64,000 bases of DNA, taken from the NCBI GenBank assembly GCA_951406725.2, contig OX597821.1, forward strand, positions 74,090,001 through 74,154,000, read 5' to 3'. The notes below the pieces were generated by a model, which was given only the letters and a program-made list of their open reading frames with translations, was not told the DNA's origin and did not search any database. Positions 1-14,020 of the stretch are shown piece by piece; within the stretch, counting starts at the first letter, position 1; each line of letters opens with the position of its first letter. Both the position numbers and the translations under genes were made by a program. The stretch is from Octopus vulgaris (Eukaryota).

Positions 1-57
1 TACTAGGATAATTCATTCAACTACTTAAATATATATATATATATATATATTAGTATA

Positions 58-285
58 GTCTTTTATCTTTTACCTGTTTTAGTAAGTAGACTGCGGTCAT
101 ACTGGACGACTGCCTTGAATGTTTAACCGACTCTAGTACATATTTTTGTTAAACCTGGTCTCTTATGTCGACTATTAACACGAATCTTTATAATAAATAT
201 GTTGCACAGAAGTCACTTCACATAGGAGACATTAATAGCTGACATTCCATCGGTCTTTTTTGCCGAACCGCTGAATTTATGGTAT
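58..285 (-). mobile_element. SINE family A, degenerate 3' part
   Basis: gactgcggtcatactgg and ttttgccgaaccgct match the reverse complement of the 3' half of the full copy at 51870-52280. Confidence 0.55.
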
Positions 286-409
286 GTATATGTATATTTA
301 GGTATATTTATAACCTATTTGTGTAAATAATCATAGCTTTTGTATTGGCCGAACAGGCCACGTCGAAGGTAGTCCAGCCATGAACGACCATCAGGTTGAC
401 ATATTTTAT

Positions 410-654
410 ATATTTTACTCGTTTGAAGCTACTGGACAGCGGCCATGCTGGGGCATCCCCTTGAATGCTTTTTCTCGAACAAATCAACACCAGCTAATTC
501 TATATATTTTCGAAAAAGATTTGTTAGCTGTTCTCTCTGTTTCCGTTTGCTGAACTGCTAAGTCATGAGAACGTAAACAAACCAAGAACAGTTGATAAGC
601 GATGACGGTGACGAGAAACACAGATACACACATGCACAAATACACATACATTAC

Positions 655-734
<80 letters not shown>

Positions 735-915
735 AGCGAGATTTATATATATAAATATATAAATAAATAAATATATATATATATATAGAAAACGAGCTTC
801 CATATAGTTTCCGTCAACTAAATTTTCATTCCTAATGTTTTGGTCGGCCCTGAGCGATGGTTAAAGACAATTGCACAAGGTGCCGCGCAATCGGATTGAA
901 CCCAAAACGACATGC
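410..915 (-). mobile_element. SINE family A, degenerate copy with expanded internal (TA)n/(CA)n
   Basis: Tail motif cggccatgctggggcatc, body ctgaactgctaagt...gtaaaca and head remnant ggtgccgcgcaatcggattgaaccc, in the same order as other family A copies. Confidence 0.6.
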
Positions 916-1499
916 TCTTATGAATATTTCTGTAAGACAGTTTTTTTTTTTTTTCATGGCGAGTTATTCTTTATGCTTAGGAGGGGTGAACGGCCGCGTA
1001 TCGAAGCAGAGACTCCTTCATTGTTTATCGTAAGATAGAGCATGGGTGAGCAATGAGATCGTAGTACTGTGGTGCAGGTGTGACATGCACTTAAGCACCC
1101 AACACAGACTGCATTGAATTCGCTATGTTTATAATGGTAGAAAGTAAAAGCTGATCATATACATTGACACACATCGGAACACACACACAGACACACATAC
1201 ACACCCAGACACAGATATATGTTAATCAATTGTAATATATGTATGTCTCCTATCTGAAGTGACTTCTGCGCAACGTATTCATTATTAAATCTCATGTTAA
1301 TAGCTGACATAACATTTAAATGTTGTTAATATTTTTACTCCCATTTGAATTTCATTTCAATATTTGTGTTATATAAACACAAATATAAATTGCATGCGTA
1401 GAGTACAGACAACCGTTTACACAATTTGCTGACAAACAAGACGATAGATATGTGTACATGTCGGCAATTATCCATCAATCCATCTGTCATCCGTCAGAG

Positions 1500-1617
<118 letters not shown>

Positions 1618-1939
1618 ACCATCCAAACAGAGGGTTACCTACATGCAAACAAATGTGGTAACATGGAACATTATTGACCAAGGTTACCGTGGTCTTTTCC
1701 GTAGGCTCTTCTTTCCACGGATAAACCTTATCTGCTTCTCCCTTTACACGTTACATCATGACATTTCTGTGATACACGATCCCTATTGATCTTTTTATTT
1801 CTTTTTCTTTTTTTCTTTTTACGATCCCTTTTGATCGAAAACATACCCCCTTTTTTTACTTTTGTTTTTTTTTCTCCTCAAAATAAAAGCTCTACTTTGT
1901 AATCTGTCCCGTCTGTGTGGCTAATGAAGAAACATATCT

Positions 1940-2510
1940 AACCATCCATCATAAAGAAATTGAAAACTCAAGCTTCTGCAGAAAAAGTGAAGCTAATTGT
2001 TTCGGTGACGCAAACAGAACTATGAGGGGACATTACCTAGAATAATGGACAATAATCACCAGCGTAGACTACAGTGAAATGTTGACCAACAAACTGAAAC
2101 CAACAATTCACACCAAACACCGAGGTCTATTGTCAAATTTAGTGGCATTGTTGCCTGACAATGCATACCAACTTTCGGTCGTCCACAACGTTCAAACCAT
2201 GAAAAATTGGGTTTCCTCTTGCTGGAAAATCCAGCACACAGTCCTGACCTCACCTCTTCTAATCTCTCAAACATACTTTACGAGTTCGTTGATTTGCTAC
2301 GGACAAAGAACCACAGGAAGAGGCGCTTAAATAGCTGCGCAACAGCCGAAAATCTTCTTCTCTCATGGAATAAACAAACTTGTGGACTGCTGGAAGAAAT
2401 GCATCGAAAAGCAAGAAGACTATGTCGAAAAAGTGTTGTTCAGCCCTTGATTTGGCTTTCATAAAAATTACATCAATAAGATTGCATGCAATTTTGGACT
2501 TACCCCCGAA
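1940..2510 (+). mobile_element. mariner (DD34D) transposase pseudogene, C-terminal fragment
   Basis: Frameshifted motifs LKPTIHTKHRGLLSNLVALLPDNA and GFLLLENPAHSPDL, matching mariner LLHDNARPH and HPPYSPDL. Confidence 0.85.
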
Positions 2511-2647
2511 TAGATGTATATAATGTATGTATGTATGTATGTATGTATGTATGTATGTATGTATGTATGTATGTATGTATGTATGTGTGTGTGTGTATGT
2601 ATGTATGTATGTATGTATGTATGTATGTATGTATGTATGTATGTATG

Positions 2648-2703
<56 letters not shown>

Positions 2704-2708
<5 letters not shown>

Positions 2709-3998
2709 GGCAGACCATATTCGTATGATGTCTTTCTAAGGAAAATAAAAACTGTTTTTATATTTTGAGATACATTCGTCAAATTTGGGTAAGTTTGTCT
2801 TTAGGACATTTTCTGTTGACCTAACCCTATAGACCAGCCTTTGACGTCGATGAAAGCCTCCAGGCAACCTTTGAACCGGCCACACATTTTCGTCACTATC
2901 TCCCATTCTAGGACCCTAAAGGACTTGTTAATCCTTGCCCTCTTCTCGTCCTTCTTGTTGCAGCTGGATTTGTTGGTCTCTTGTTCCACAGCATCCCTCA
3001 CAAAGGAGTATCGTGAGTTGTAGTTAGGTGAGTTGGGAATTCAAATATCAACTGTTGTGTGATCGCAGAAATTCTCCGACTGCCAGGCTTGACTCCTCCG
3101 GCTGGTGTGGCAGGGCGCGGAGTTTTGCTGCCTTACGTACGGTCTCTCTGCTGCTAACCGATCAATCCAGGTATTCATCACGTCACTCAGAATACGGATG
3201 TAGACATCGATGTTCGGTCTGAGGATCTCAGGAAAGAAGTGGGACATGATATTCCCTTCCCTACTGCTAACACCGAAGCTCATTATTGCCGGGGAAAATT
3301 TCGTCTGCATGACTCTTGACACATGCTTCGGTGAGACAGCGAGCTACTTGTTTTGGGAGTTGATCTTCTGGCCTCAGCAGAAATTCTTCTAATCGGAGAT
3401 GAACCACAGCATGTCTACGTCTAGCAGTTGTTTCAACTTTTTAATCAGCTTCTTGGTATAATTCAGTTGTTTTTCCTGCATCACTTTAGACAGAAATTGT
3501 CCCTCCCCCCTTTTGCATGAGATGTAGCGAATGTCCTCATACATCACCTACCTGGTGAGCCTTTCATTCACGCCTTTCCCCCGTGTAATGGCACGCATCA
3601 ACTTCCTGGACTTGTTGTTGTGGATCTGGATTTCAGTGAAGAATTCTGGCGTTCTGATGACGTTAGATCGTCGATCATGGGTTTTCCTTTCTGTTGCCGC
3701 GTCGCAGTCGAAACCTGAATCTTCCCACTCTTCTCTGACCTTTTCCATCATCCTGCCTCTGACGTTGAGAAAGTCTGAAATCTCTTTGTTTGTCCTACCG
3801 GCGCGGATTCCTAGGGGTACTTCATGCCACATCCACAAATTGGATGGTTCAAATTTTGCCACAGTCAATAATTCTGCAAAAACATAAATAAAAAAATGGT
3901 TATTGTTTTTAAGAGGAGTAAAACCGAAAACGAAAATAAAAAAAATTGTGTAAGATTAGCAGATGAAAATTGTGAACGAATGCCATCCTTACCTTGTA
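2704..3998 (-). mobile_element. Tc1/mariner DD37D (maT-like) transposon, near full length but decayed
   Basis: Minus-strand pieces KEISDFLNV, RKTHDRRSNVIRTPEFF, TKFSPAIMSFGVSSREGNIMSHFFPE, RPYVRQQNSAPCHTS, MCGRFKGCLEAFIDVKG; left end abuts (TA)n. Confidence 0.88.
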
Positions 3999-4353
3999 AA
4001 TTCATAGCTCTATGTGATAAGGCTCGAGGGCTCATGTTCCGAAAAAAGATTATAAACTATACATATGTGTACATATATATTTATATGCGTGGTTGTATAT
4101 ATACGTGTGTTTATGTGAGCGACTGTGTATGTTGCTACAATATCGCTGAATGGTTCAGAATTTCACTTCGTAAGTCTGAAGTCTCGGATTCGATTCCATT
4201 ATGTGGCAACTTGAGAAAATACCCTTTTCCACCCGACTCATCTTGCTTATATGCATACGTATATACATTTAACTAGGCATATTTGCGTGGGAGTTTGCGA
4301 ATGTGTCTGTGTATGGGTAATGATGTGAGTGTGTGTCCGTGTGTGTATGAGTG

Positions 4354-4386
<33 letters not shown>

Positions 4387-5080
4387 TTAAATTTAAAATG
4401 AGGATGAGAAATTAGATATTAATTTAATTAACATCGATTTCACACCAGTAGTCTAGCATATGAAAAAAACTGAAGGTTCAGTAAACTTGTATTAAATACA
4501 TATTAGAGGGGAACCACTATGTGGACACCCTTATGCTAGAAATAGATCCGCTATGGTCTTAGCACTAAGAAATGTTCTGTGTGTGTGTGTATATATATAT
4601 AATATATCAATAATAATAAAAAGAAGGATTATTACGACATAGCATTACCTTTAATTCCTTTATATACAGCTTCAGACAGACCTACATGTGTTTCTACTGC
4701 ATCGATTAGTAACCGTTGCAATTGCATACGTGTGATTTCCTACGTGACATCTGTAGGTTTTAGAGGGTTTTAGAGAGAAAGGCAAATATATTCACCTGCG
4801 TCGTCTCAATAGAATCAAGGAGCAGGAAACAGAGTTGGAAGAGCGAGGGGGAGATAACTGAAAAGAAGGACAGGGGCGGTGGATAACGGGGAAAATGAGA
4901 TGACAATTGAATATAAAAATGAAATAAAATAAACATTAAAATAAAATGAAATAAAATTTTAAAAATGGTGAACTATTGTCAAATTAAGGTATATAATTGG
5001 GGAGTATATTTCTAAGAAATTGGAGATAAATATAATACGTACACACACACACACACGCACACATATACATATGTATAATA

Positions 5081-5311
5081 AGGCGGCGAGCTGGCAGAAA
5101 CGTTAGCACGCCGGGCGAAATGCGTAACCGTATTTCGTCTGTCGTTATGTTCCGAGTTCAAATTCTGCCGAGGTCGACTTTGCCTTTCATCCATTCGGGG
5201 TCGATAAATTAAGTACCAGTTACGCACTGGAGTCGAGGTAATCGACTCAATCCCTTTGTCTGTCCTTGTCTGTCCACTCTGTGTTTAGCCCGTTGTGGGT
5301 AGTAAAGAAAT
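5081..5311 (+). mobile_element. SINE family B, full-length tRNA-derived copy
   Basis: A-box-like gagctggcagaaacgttag, B-box gagttcaaattc, central gtcgactttgcctttcatccattcggggtcgataaa, tail tgtgggtagtaaagaaa; several further copies in the window. Confidence 0.85.
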
Positions 5312-5486
5312 ATATATATGTATATATGCTGTTGCGTCTGAGGAGAGTCATTTTTTTTGCCTTATAATTTAACACACGCACCGGTAAAAGTTCCACTTAT
5401 TTCTTATTTTTATTTTCCTAAAATTTTTGTTGCGTCTTGCAACCTTTTCAATAGTCCTGACTCTATGTATGTATATGCATATACAT

Positions 5487-5800
5487 ATCACCGTGATCAC
5501 CGTGACCGACCAGGCTATCAGATGTTGCTACACATCGCTGATCACAATGCGCCTCACATTGTTTTAGCCTTTAAATGACGCCACCCATCTGGCTAAGCGA
5601 GCAGGCCAACAGAAGAAAGAGTGAGAGAAAGTTGTGGCGAAAGAATACAGCAGCGATCGCCACCATCCCCTGCCGGAGCCTCGTGGAGCTTTAGGTGTTT
5701 TCGCTCAATAAACACTCACAACGCCCGGTCTGGGAATCGAAACTGCGATCCTACGACCGCGAGTCCGCTTACCCTAACCACTGGGCTATTGCACCTCCAC
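5487..5800 (-). mobile_element. SINE family C, tRNA-derived
   Basis: Minus strand begins ggaggtgcaatagcccagtggttagg (A box) ... gtttcgattccc (B box), followed by a non-tRNA body and a short tandem tail (cacggtgat)x2. Confidence 0.8.
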
Positions 5801-5818
5801 GCATATACATATATACAT

Positions 5819-5877
<59 letters not shown>

Positions 5878-6166
5878 TATTTGCATGCAAACAGACGCAC
5901 ACATGGAGATGTAGGTATGTATGCGTGCATGTTTGTATATGTATATGCATGAATGTATTCTTAATAAGTCCCGGTAGATTACAACGTGAATATATGATCG
6001 CTGTTGTCTTTTCGCCAGCTGAGAATACCCACCCGCCCCCGCTCCCAGGCGATGTGAATTCATTAGATAATTGATTCATCGGGTGAACGATGTTTCGACC
6101 TCGTTGTGTGTCATTTCAGTCGAATATACATTTAGCTCTCTTTCTCTTTCCCTCCCTCCCTCCCTC

Positions 6167-6303
<137 letters not shown>

Positions 6304-6306
6304 TTG

Positions 6307-6340
<34 letters not shown>

Positions 6341-6342
6341 CG

Positions 6343-6398
<56 letters not shown>

Positions 6399-6965
6399 GA
6401 CAAAGAAATTCTTTAACACATCTGTAATGATTCGTTACAATTGTTTCTGTAGCAACTCTGCTTGTGACGCCAGTTTGCGCAATATTCGAAGTGAAATCTT
6501 ACGTAAGTTCGCGGTTTTAGACATTATATGAATTATGAATTTTCACTTCGAAATTTTCGTTGGAAGCAGAAACAATTCTACCAAATTATTAGAAAGGTGT
6601 TAAAGGACCTCTTTGTCTTTTTTTCTTATTTAGATTATAGTTTACTCTTAGCTACAGTCACACAACGGTTTTACCGTCGTGAAACCAGGGTTCTTTACAC
6701 TTGATGAATTTTGGCATTAGTCTGGAATCCTACAGCATTGACAGTGCAGGACATGGGCTGAGTTGTGCACTAGGAACACCCAACATTTTTACCCTGCCTA
6801 GACCTAACAGGGGACAACTGATGAAGGGATTGTTCTTTATGTTGCCTGTCTCGTTTCTCTATTTGCTTCTTTCGTTGTTCGAAAAAAATGTTCGTTTTCC
6901 AAGTTTTTGTTTATATTATCTCGTTTTTCATTTTGTTCAGGTTTTTTAATGTCCTTTACACACAT

Positions 6966-7070
<105 letters not shown>

Positions 7071-7084
7071 TGTGTGTGTAGTTA

Positions 7085-7277
7085 ATCCAAACATGAAAAC
7101 ACAAAGAGAAAACAGAACAACGCGAGGAACAAGTATAGTGTTATTAGACGCTCAGGAAAGGAAAGAAAGAAGGAGGATTTAACGTTTCGCGCGGAGCTCT
7201 TCGTCAGAAACATAGGAAAAGGAAAGATCCAAGGAAGGGAAGACGGAGGAAGAAAATCGCCAACGATACACACGCGG

Positions 7278-7280
<3 letters not shown>
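7085..7280 (-). mobile_element. Penelope-type terminal repeat fragment carrying a minimal hammerhead motif
   Basis: Minus strand gtttCTGACGAagagctccgcgcGAAACGTTaaat; flanks resemble 63300-63520 and 29218-29300. Confidence 0.6.
7177..7211 (-). ncRNA. Minimal type I hammerhead ribozyme-like motif
   Basis: Stem I gttt/aaat, core CUGACGA, stem II gagc-tcc-gcgc (one mismatch), GAAA, loop-less palindromic stem III ACGU, triplet GUU. Confidence 0.6.
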
Positions 7281-7336
<56 letters not shown>

Positions 7337-7369
7337 TGTGTGTATGTGTGCATGTATCTGTCTGTGAAG

Positions 7370-7627
7370 GGGCTATGGTATTCGCTCCCCGATCGTTAGG
7401 TCGTGTGTTCAATATCCGGTCGCGTGTTGTTTTCTTGAGCAAGACACTTAATTTCGCGTTGCTCCACTCTTCTCCCTGTATTCCCTTGTCACATTCCCTG
7501 TCACGCTGAATCTCACTGAGAACTACATTAAAGGCATGTGGAGTACTCAGCTTCTTGCATGCTAATTTCACTGTTCTGTTGATCGGATCAACTAGAACTA
7601 TCGTCGCCGCAACCGACGAAATACCAA
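7370..7627 (+). mobile_element. tRNA-derived SINE (family D), degenerate
   Basis: B-box-like gtgttcaatatcc followed by gttttcttgagcaagacacttaa; similar head and body at 58935-59050 (+) and 19030-19135 (-). Confidence 0.55.
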
Positions 7628-7779
7628 TTGTGTCTTCGTGTTTATTTGAACCGTAATCCGCTGTAATTGACTCGACACACTTAAATATTTTTGGATGATC
7701 AATTTTTACTCCACATTACTATTCTCATGCTACCATAAATATACCTCTACCTGTATGTATATACCTGCCTCTAACTCTC

Positions 7780-7866
<87 letters not shown>

Positions 7867-7894
7867 TCTTTTCTTTTCTTTTCCCTTATTCTTT

Positions 7895-8270
7895 TATTTG
7901 GTTCAGCCACTTGATTGCGGTCATGCTTCAGCATCGCCTTTTTCGAAGAGATCGACTTCAGGACATACTCTTTGTAAGCGTGGTAGTCATTCTATTGGTT
8001 TTTTTGCCGAACCGCTAAGTTACGGGAACGTAAACACACCAAAATCGTTTGTCAAACGATGGTGGTAGGACAAACACAGACACACAGACATATACATATA
8101 TGTATATACGACGGGCTTCTTTCAGTTTCCCTAGACCAAATCCACTTTAGAAGATTTTAGTCGACCCGAGGCTATATTAGAAGACATTTAATCAGGTTGC
8201 CACGCAGTGGGTCTGAACCTGGAACCGTGTGGTTGGTAAGCGAGCTACTTACCACAGAATCATTCCTGCC
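7895..8270 (-). mobile_element. SINE family A, full-length copy
   Basis: Colinear reverse complement of 51870-52280 (head gtggtaagtagctcgctt...ggttccaggttcagacccactgcgtggc). Confidence 0.85.
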
Positions 8271-8282
8271 TATATACATATA

Positions 8283-8495
8283 TAACTTAGATATGTTTCG
8301 ACCAAGGATTGGTCAAGGCCATGTCTAACTTAAAAGCTCCACAAGATAGGATTAGCTAAATCCTTTTTAAGTCAAGTTTTGTGGTATCATGGTCCATTCG
8401 AGTAGGGGGTTCTAGTTGAGTGAGTTGTATCCAGATATTTGTGGCTTACCTGGTATTCCTTGAAGAAACATGCCCATACTCTGTTTAAAGGTGAC
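8283..8495 (-). mobile_element. CR1-like LINE 3' end, short degenerate copy
   Basis: Shares ggccatgtctaacttaa, ccattcgag and ttgaagaaa blocks with 9563-9760. Confidence 0.65.
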
Positions 8496-8578
8496 ACATA
8501 CACATATATGTGTGTGTGTGTCTGTGTGTATGTATGTAAATATGTGTATATATATATACATTATATATATATATATAA

Positions 8579-8633
<55 letters not shown>

Positions 8634-8713
8634 TATACTATATACACATATATAAATATATATATATAATTATATACATATTTATACATATATATACATA
8701 AATATATATGTAT

Positions 8714-8771
<58 letters not shown>

Positions 8772-8818
8772 GTGTGTATATATATTATATATCTATAAGT
8801 TTGATTCTACACATAACT

Positions 8819-8890
<72 letters not shown>

Positions 8891-9159
8891 TTGTGTGTAT
8901 GTATGAATATATATATATATATATATATGCCTCTTTTAGGCACCCTTTGCATATGGGTAATTATAAGCACAAGCAAAGTGTAAATCGATGCTGCTAATCT
9001 TATAATAGCCCTCCTCATGAACACACAACTATCCGACCACCACCCCAAGTGTATGGGCGGGTGCTACGGGCATTCAGACACACATTCATATACACACGCA
9101 CGCGCCTACATTTTTACACATCACCCGGAAATAGATTCGTGCATATATATGACAGTGTA

Positions 9160-9192
<33 letters not shown>

Positions 9193-9512
9193 AAGTGTGG
9201 GTGTGCGTGCATGTGTACCTTAGTGTTTATATGTATATGCACATGCTTATGCGCATTGAAAATCCTAAACCCTACTCGAATATGAAAGTCGAAAAGAAAG
9301 TTTGCTTGTCAATAAGCAATATTAAGCAATACTTCATCTAAATATACCGAACGCAGATCGAATCGACGTATAGTATTGGTTTGACTTTGAGGGTAACGTA
9401 CGAACATCCACTTGTAACAACGGAAATTGTAAATAAACACTCCGAGGTGAGTGTGAACACACGAATGGATGCAGATACAATTATACGTCCATATAAAATT
9501 TATATATACATG

Positions 9513-9565
<53 letters not shown>

Positions 9566-10092
9566 CTTAGAATAACTTAGAAAGGTTTTTGGCCAGTATT
9601 GGCCCAGGCCATGTCTAACTTAATAGCACCACCTGGCGAAGTCTTTCAGTTCAGGATTTGGGCACCAAGGCCCATTCGAGCAGAGAGTTATTGTTTGCGG
9701 AGACATATCCGGGTGTGGGTGGTTTGTCCGGTACTGTTTGAAGGAATTTGTCCAAAGACTTCTTGAATTTTGTGTGGTCAGTTTCTTTTTTGACGTGTCC
9801 TGGTGTAATGTTGAAGAGAGCGGGTCCAATTGAGGTGAAATAGTTGTGCCGTATTGTCGTTATGTGATGCGATTTAGATTTTTGTTGTGGACGGATGGCA
9901 CGTGGTCCAAGCCTTGGATGCATTTTGAAGGTGATGCCAACATCATTCGGACAGTGCTGATGGAATATTTTCCACATCATACAGATAATGTAGCGTTCAC
10001 GGCGTCGTTGGAGTGAATACAATTTCAGCTTCTCTAGTCTACCCCAGTAGTCAAGGTCTAACATGCCATCTATCTTTTTTGTGATTGACCTT

Positions 10093-10125
<33 letters not shown>

Positions 10126-10272
10126 AAGTGTGGGTGTGCGTGCATGTGTACCTTAGTGTTTATATGTATATGCACATGCTTATGCGCATTGAAAATCCTA
10201 AACCCTACTCGAATATGAAAGTCGAAAAGAAAGTTTGCTTGTCAATAAGCAATATTAAGCAATACTTCATCT

Positions 10273-10276
<4 letters not shown>
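9160..10276. repeat. 184-bp identical direct repeat (9160-9343 and 10093-10276)
   Basis: Base-by-base identity by eye, including the lengths of the embedded (GT)n runs. Confidence 0.95.
9563..10092 (-). mobile_element. CR1-like LINE, 5'-truncated (ORF2 C-terminus plus 3' UTR)
   Basis: Open frame QRSITKKIDGMLDLDYWGRLEKLKLYSLQRRRERY...FKKSLDKFLQTVPDKP; 3' hairpin and (ctaagtta) tandem tail. Confidence 0.9.
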
Positions 10277-10325
<49 letters not shown>

Positions 10326-10424
10326 TTATATATATATGCATATATGTATGTGTGTATATATGTATGTATGTATGTATCTATATATCTGTCTATCTATCTA
10401 TCTGTGTTTTTCTATTTCTATGTA

Positions 10425-10510
<86 letters not shown>

Positions 10511-10512
10511 CT

Positions 10513-10735
10513 TATACATGTTTCGACCAAAGATTGGTTCAGGCCATTTCTAACTTTATAGCACCACCTGATAGGATTATCTAAATCCTTTTTAAGTCAA
10601 GTTTTGTGGTATTATGGTCCATTCAATTAATGAGTTCTTGTTGAGTGAGTTGTATTCGGGTATGGGTGGCTTTTCTGGTATTCCTTGAAGAAATCTGTCC
10701 AGACTCCGTTCAATGGTGATGGGATCCTTTTACGG
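10513..10735 (-). mobile_element. CR1-like LINE 3' end, short degenerate copy
   Basis: Similar along its length to 8283-8495 and 9563-9770. Confidence 0.65.
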
Positions 10736-11222
10736 ATATATGTGTACAAATACATAGATATATATCTGTGTATGTATACACATATACCTATATCTGCACA
10801 CACGCACATACACTCACATTCACACACACATACACGCATACACGCACATAATATACACAAACATATATATGCGTGTAAGTATGGATGCAGACGTAAATAC
10901 AAGTGTATATATTATATACGCATATCTGTCCATCTATCTACCTATCTATCTATCAATACACACACATATTTATTTTTATTTTATTTTTATTTTTATTTTA
11001 TCTAGTTTCAGCTCACGAGGTGTGGCTATGCTGGGGCACCGCCATTCATATATATATATATGCATAAATATGTATATATATATATAAACTTATATATGTA
11101 CATAAACATATATATATGTGTGTATATATATATATATACATACATATACTTATATATATATACATATACGTACATAGATATATATAATATTTATATAATT
11201 ATTTCTGCAGAAATATACATAT

Positions 11223-11261
<39 letters not shown>

Positions 11262-11526
11262 ATCTGTGTGTGTATAATTACGGACACACTTTTGTATATA
11301 TTTATATAAATGTATATAAATAAGGTACTGTATACTTACATATACAAGTACACATCCTCCCAACATTTTTGTGATAGCAGAATAATTATTTAAGAATTCT
11401 GAGAAATCTGCACATGTGCAGGTATACATACATACATACATACATACATACATACATACATACATACATACATACATACATACATACATACATACACACA
11501 TACGTACATATATATATGTATGTCTT

Positions 11527-11558
<32 letters not shown>

Positions 11559-11689
11559 TGTATGTATGTATGTATGTATATATGTACATATATATATATT
11601 AATATATAAATATGAAAATTAAAACTATGTATATATACACACACACACACACAAATATATATATATACACATATATATATATATATATA

Positions 11690-11692
11690 TAT

Positions 11693-11726
<34 letters not shown>

Positions 11727-11978
11727 TTATATGCATATACATACATGCATAAAGATGGAAGGGAAAGAGAGAGAGAGAGAGAGAGAGAGATAAAGAAAGA
11801 GAGAATGACAAAAAGATACAAAGAAGGAGTTAAATATAGCAAAACACTAAAGAAAAAAAACTATTGTGATTTTGAGAGAAATGTTTTAAAATTCATTCAC
11901 ATTTTATCAGCTATTCTGAAGGGTACAAGCTGGTTATATATATATATATATGTAGATATATATATAGATATAAATACA

Positions 11979-12020
<42 letters not shown>

Positions 12021-12118
12021 AGTACACAGATTTATATGTATATATATAAGTGTGTGTGTGTGTGTGTGTGTGTGTGTATTTATATGCATATACATACATG
12101 CATAAAGATGGAAGGGAA

Positions 12119-12149
<31 letters not shown>

Positions 12150-12305
12150 GAGAAAGAAAGAGAGAATGACAAACAGATACAAAGAAAGAGATAGATATAG
12201 CAAAACACTAAAGATAAAAAACTATTGTGATTTTGGGAGAAATGTTTTAAAATTCATTCACATTTATCAGCTATCCTGAAGGGTACAAGTTGGTTATATA
12301 TATAT
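11690..12305. repeat. Tandem duplication, period about 355 bp
   Basis: Block catgcataaagatggaagggaaag...ctgaagggtacaag occurs at about 11690-11945 and 12046-12305 with scattered substitutions. Confidence 0.92.
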
Positions 12306-12357
12306 AATTATATATATATATATATATATATACATACACACACACACGCATATATGC

Positions 12358-12438
<81 letters not shown>

Positions 12439-12462
12439 CACACACACACACACACACACACA

Positions 12463-12536
<74 letters not shown>

Positions 12537-12784
12537 CATTAATACATACATATAAGAGTAAACAAGACCGACAGAGACAGGCAGAAACAAGGAAAATGCC
12601 TCTTGTATTTGAATGCTAAGGAAATATTCTTTTAAAAGATTTTCCAAATTTAATTGTTTTCCATACTTACAGTTGAAAAATTTTCTATGACCGAAACCGG
12701 TACTGATATGCTTTTATATAAAATTATTTTAGCATTTTCTATCTTGACTTTTTCTGTGTATAAATATATACATACATACATACA

Positions 12785-12859
<75 letters not shown>

Positions 12860-12889
12860 GCATACATACATACAAACATACATACATAT

Positions 12890-12987
<98 letters not shown>

Positions 12988-13104
12988 AGTTATATGTATA
13001 TTCATACATATACAGATATCTATTTACATAATTACTTATAGCTGCCAATGAGCGTTTGTGAGAATGTAAATCTCTATCTATCTATCTATCTATCTATCTA
13101 TATA

Positions 13105-13189
<85 letters not shown>

Positions 13190-13709
13190 TCACGTGCACA
13201 CACGCACTAACACACACGCACGCACACACACGCAAACATGTATTTATATATATATATATATATATGAAATACGTACACACGTACCATGTACATATGTGTA
13301 TACTCGTATATATAAAAATATAGCAAAATTACTGCCTGTGGAATGACTTTGTAATCGCTTCACTGATGTGCTAATATTAAAGAATAAAGGGAAATTCTGC
13401 TGGTCATTTCCTCACTATGTCAACTCCTGCCCCCGGTGGACTTGGCTGCCCTCCTTCTCTCTCTAATAACCCTAATTACCTAATACACAACCCAAACATG
13501 GATGGATACCGAAATCTGCATAACTGTGTTTGTGATGCTAGTTTATAACTTGAGATAATATTTATTTTCTCACCTCATAACGTCTATTAAAAGAGGGAAA
13601 AATAGACTTAAACAACACAAGCCCTGACAGGAGGATCATTAAAATTATTGACGTGTATTTTGCTTTGCTTCGATACAATATTCAGTGTTACCTGACCGCT
13701 ACACACATT

Positions 13710-13714
<5 letters not shown>

Positions 13715-13788
<74 letters not shown>

Positions 13789-13789
13789 G

Positions 13790-13837
<48 letters not shown>

Positions 13838-13930
13838 GTAATAATAGTAATAATAATAATAATAACAACAACAACAACAAAAGCAATAATAATAATAACA
13901 ACAACAGCAAAAATAATAATAATAATAATG

Positions 13931-13961
<31 letters not shown>

Positions 13962-13966
13962 TGATG

Positions 13967-14017
<51 letters not shown>

Positions 14018-14020
14018 GTA
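13715..14020. repeat. Long imperfect (AAT)n trinucleotide array
   Basis: Directly visible; source of the poly-I and poly-L ORFs. Confidence 0.98.

Noticed and set aside
5725-5800. tRNA-like A and B boxes (also at 5081, 51870, 58935)
   Set aside because: No complete cloverleaf, and each continues into a repeated SINE body.
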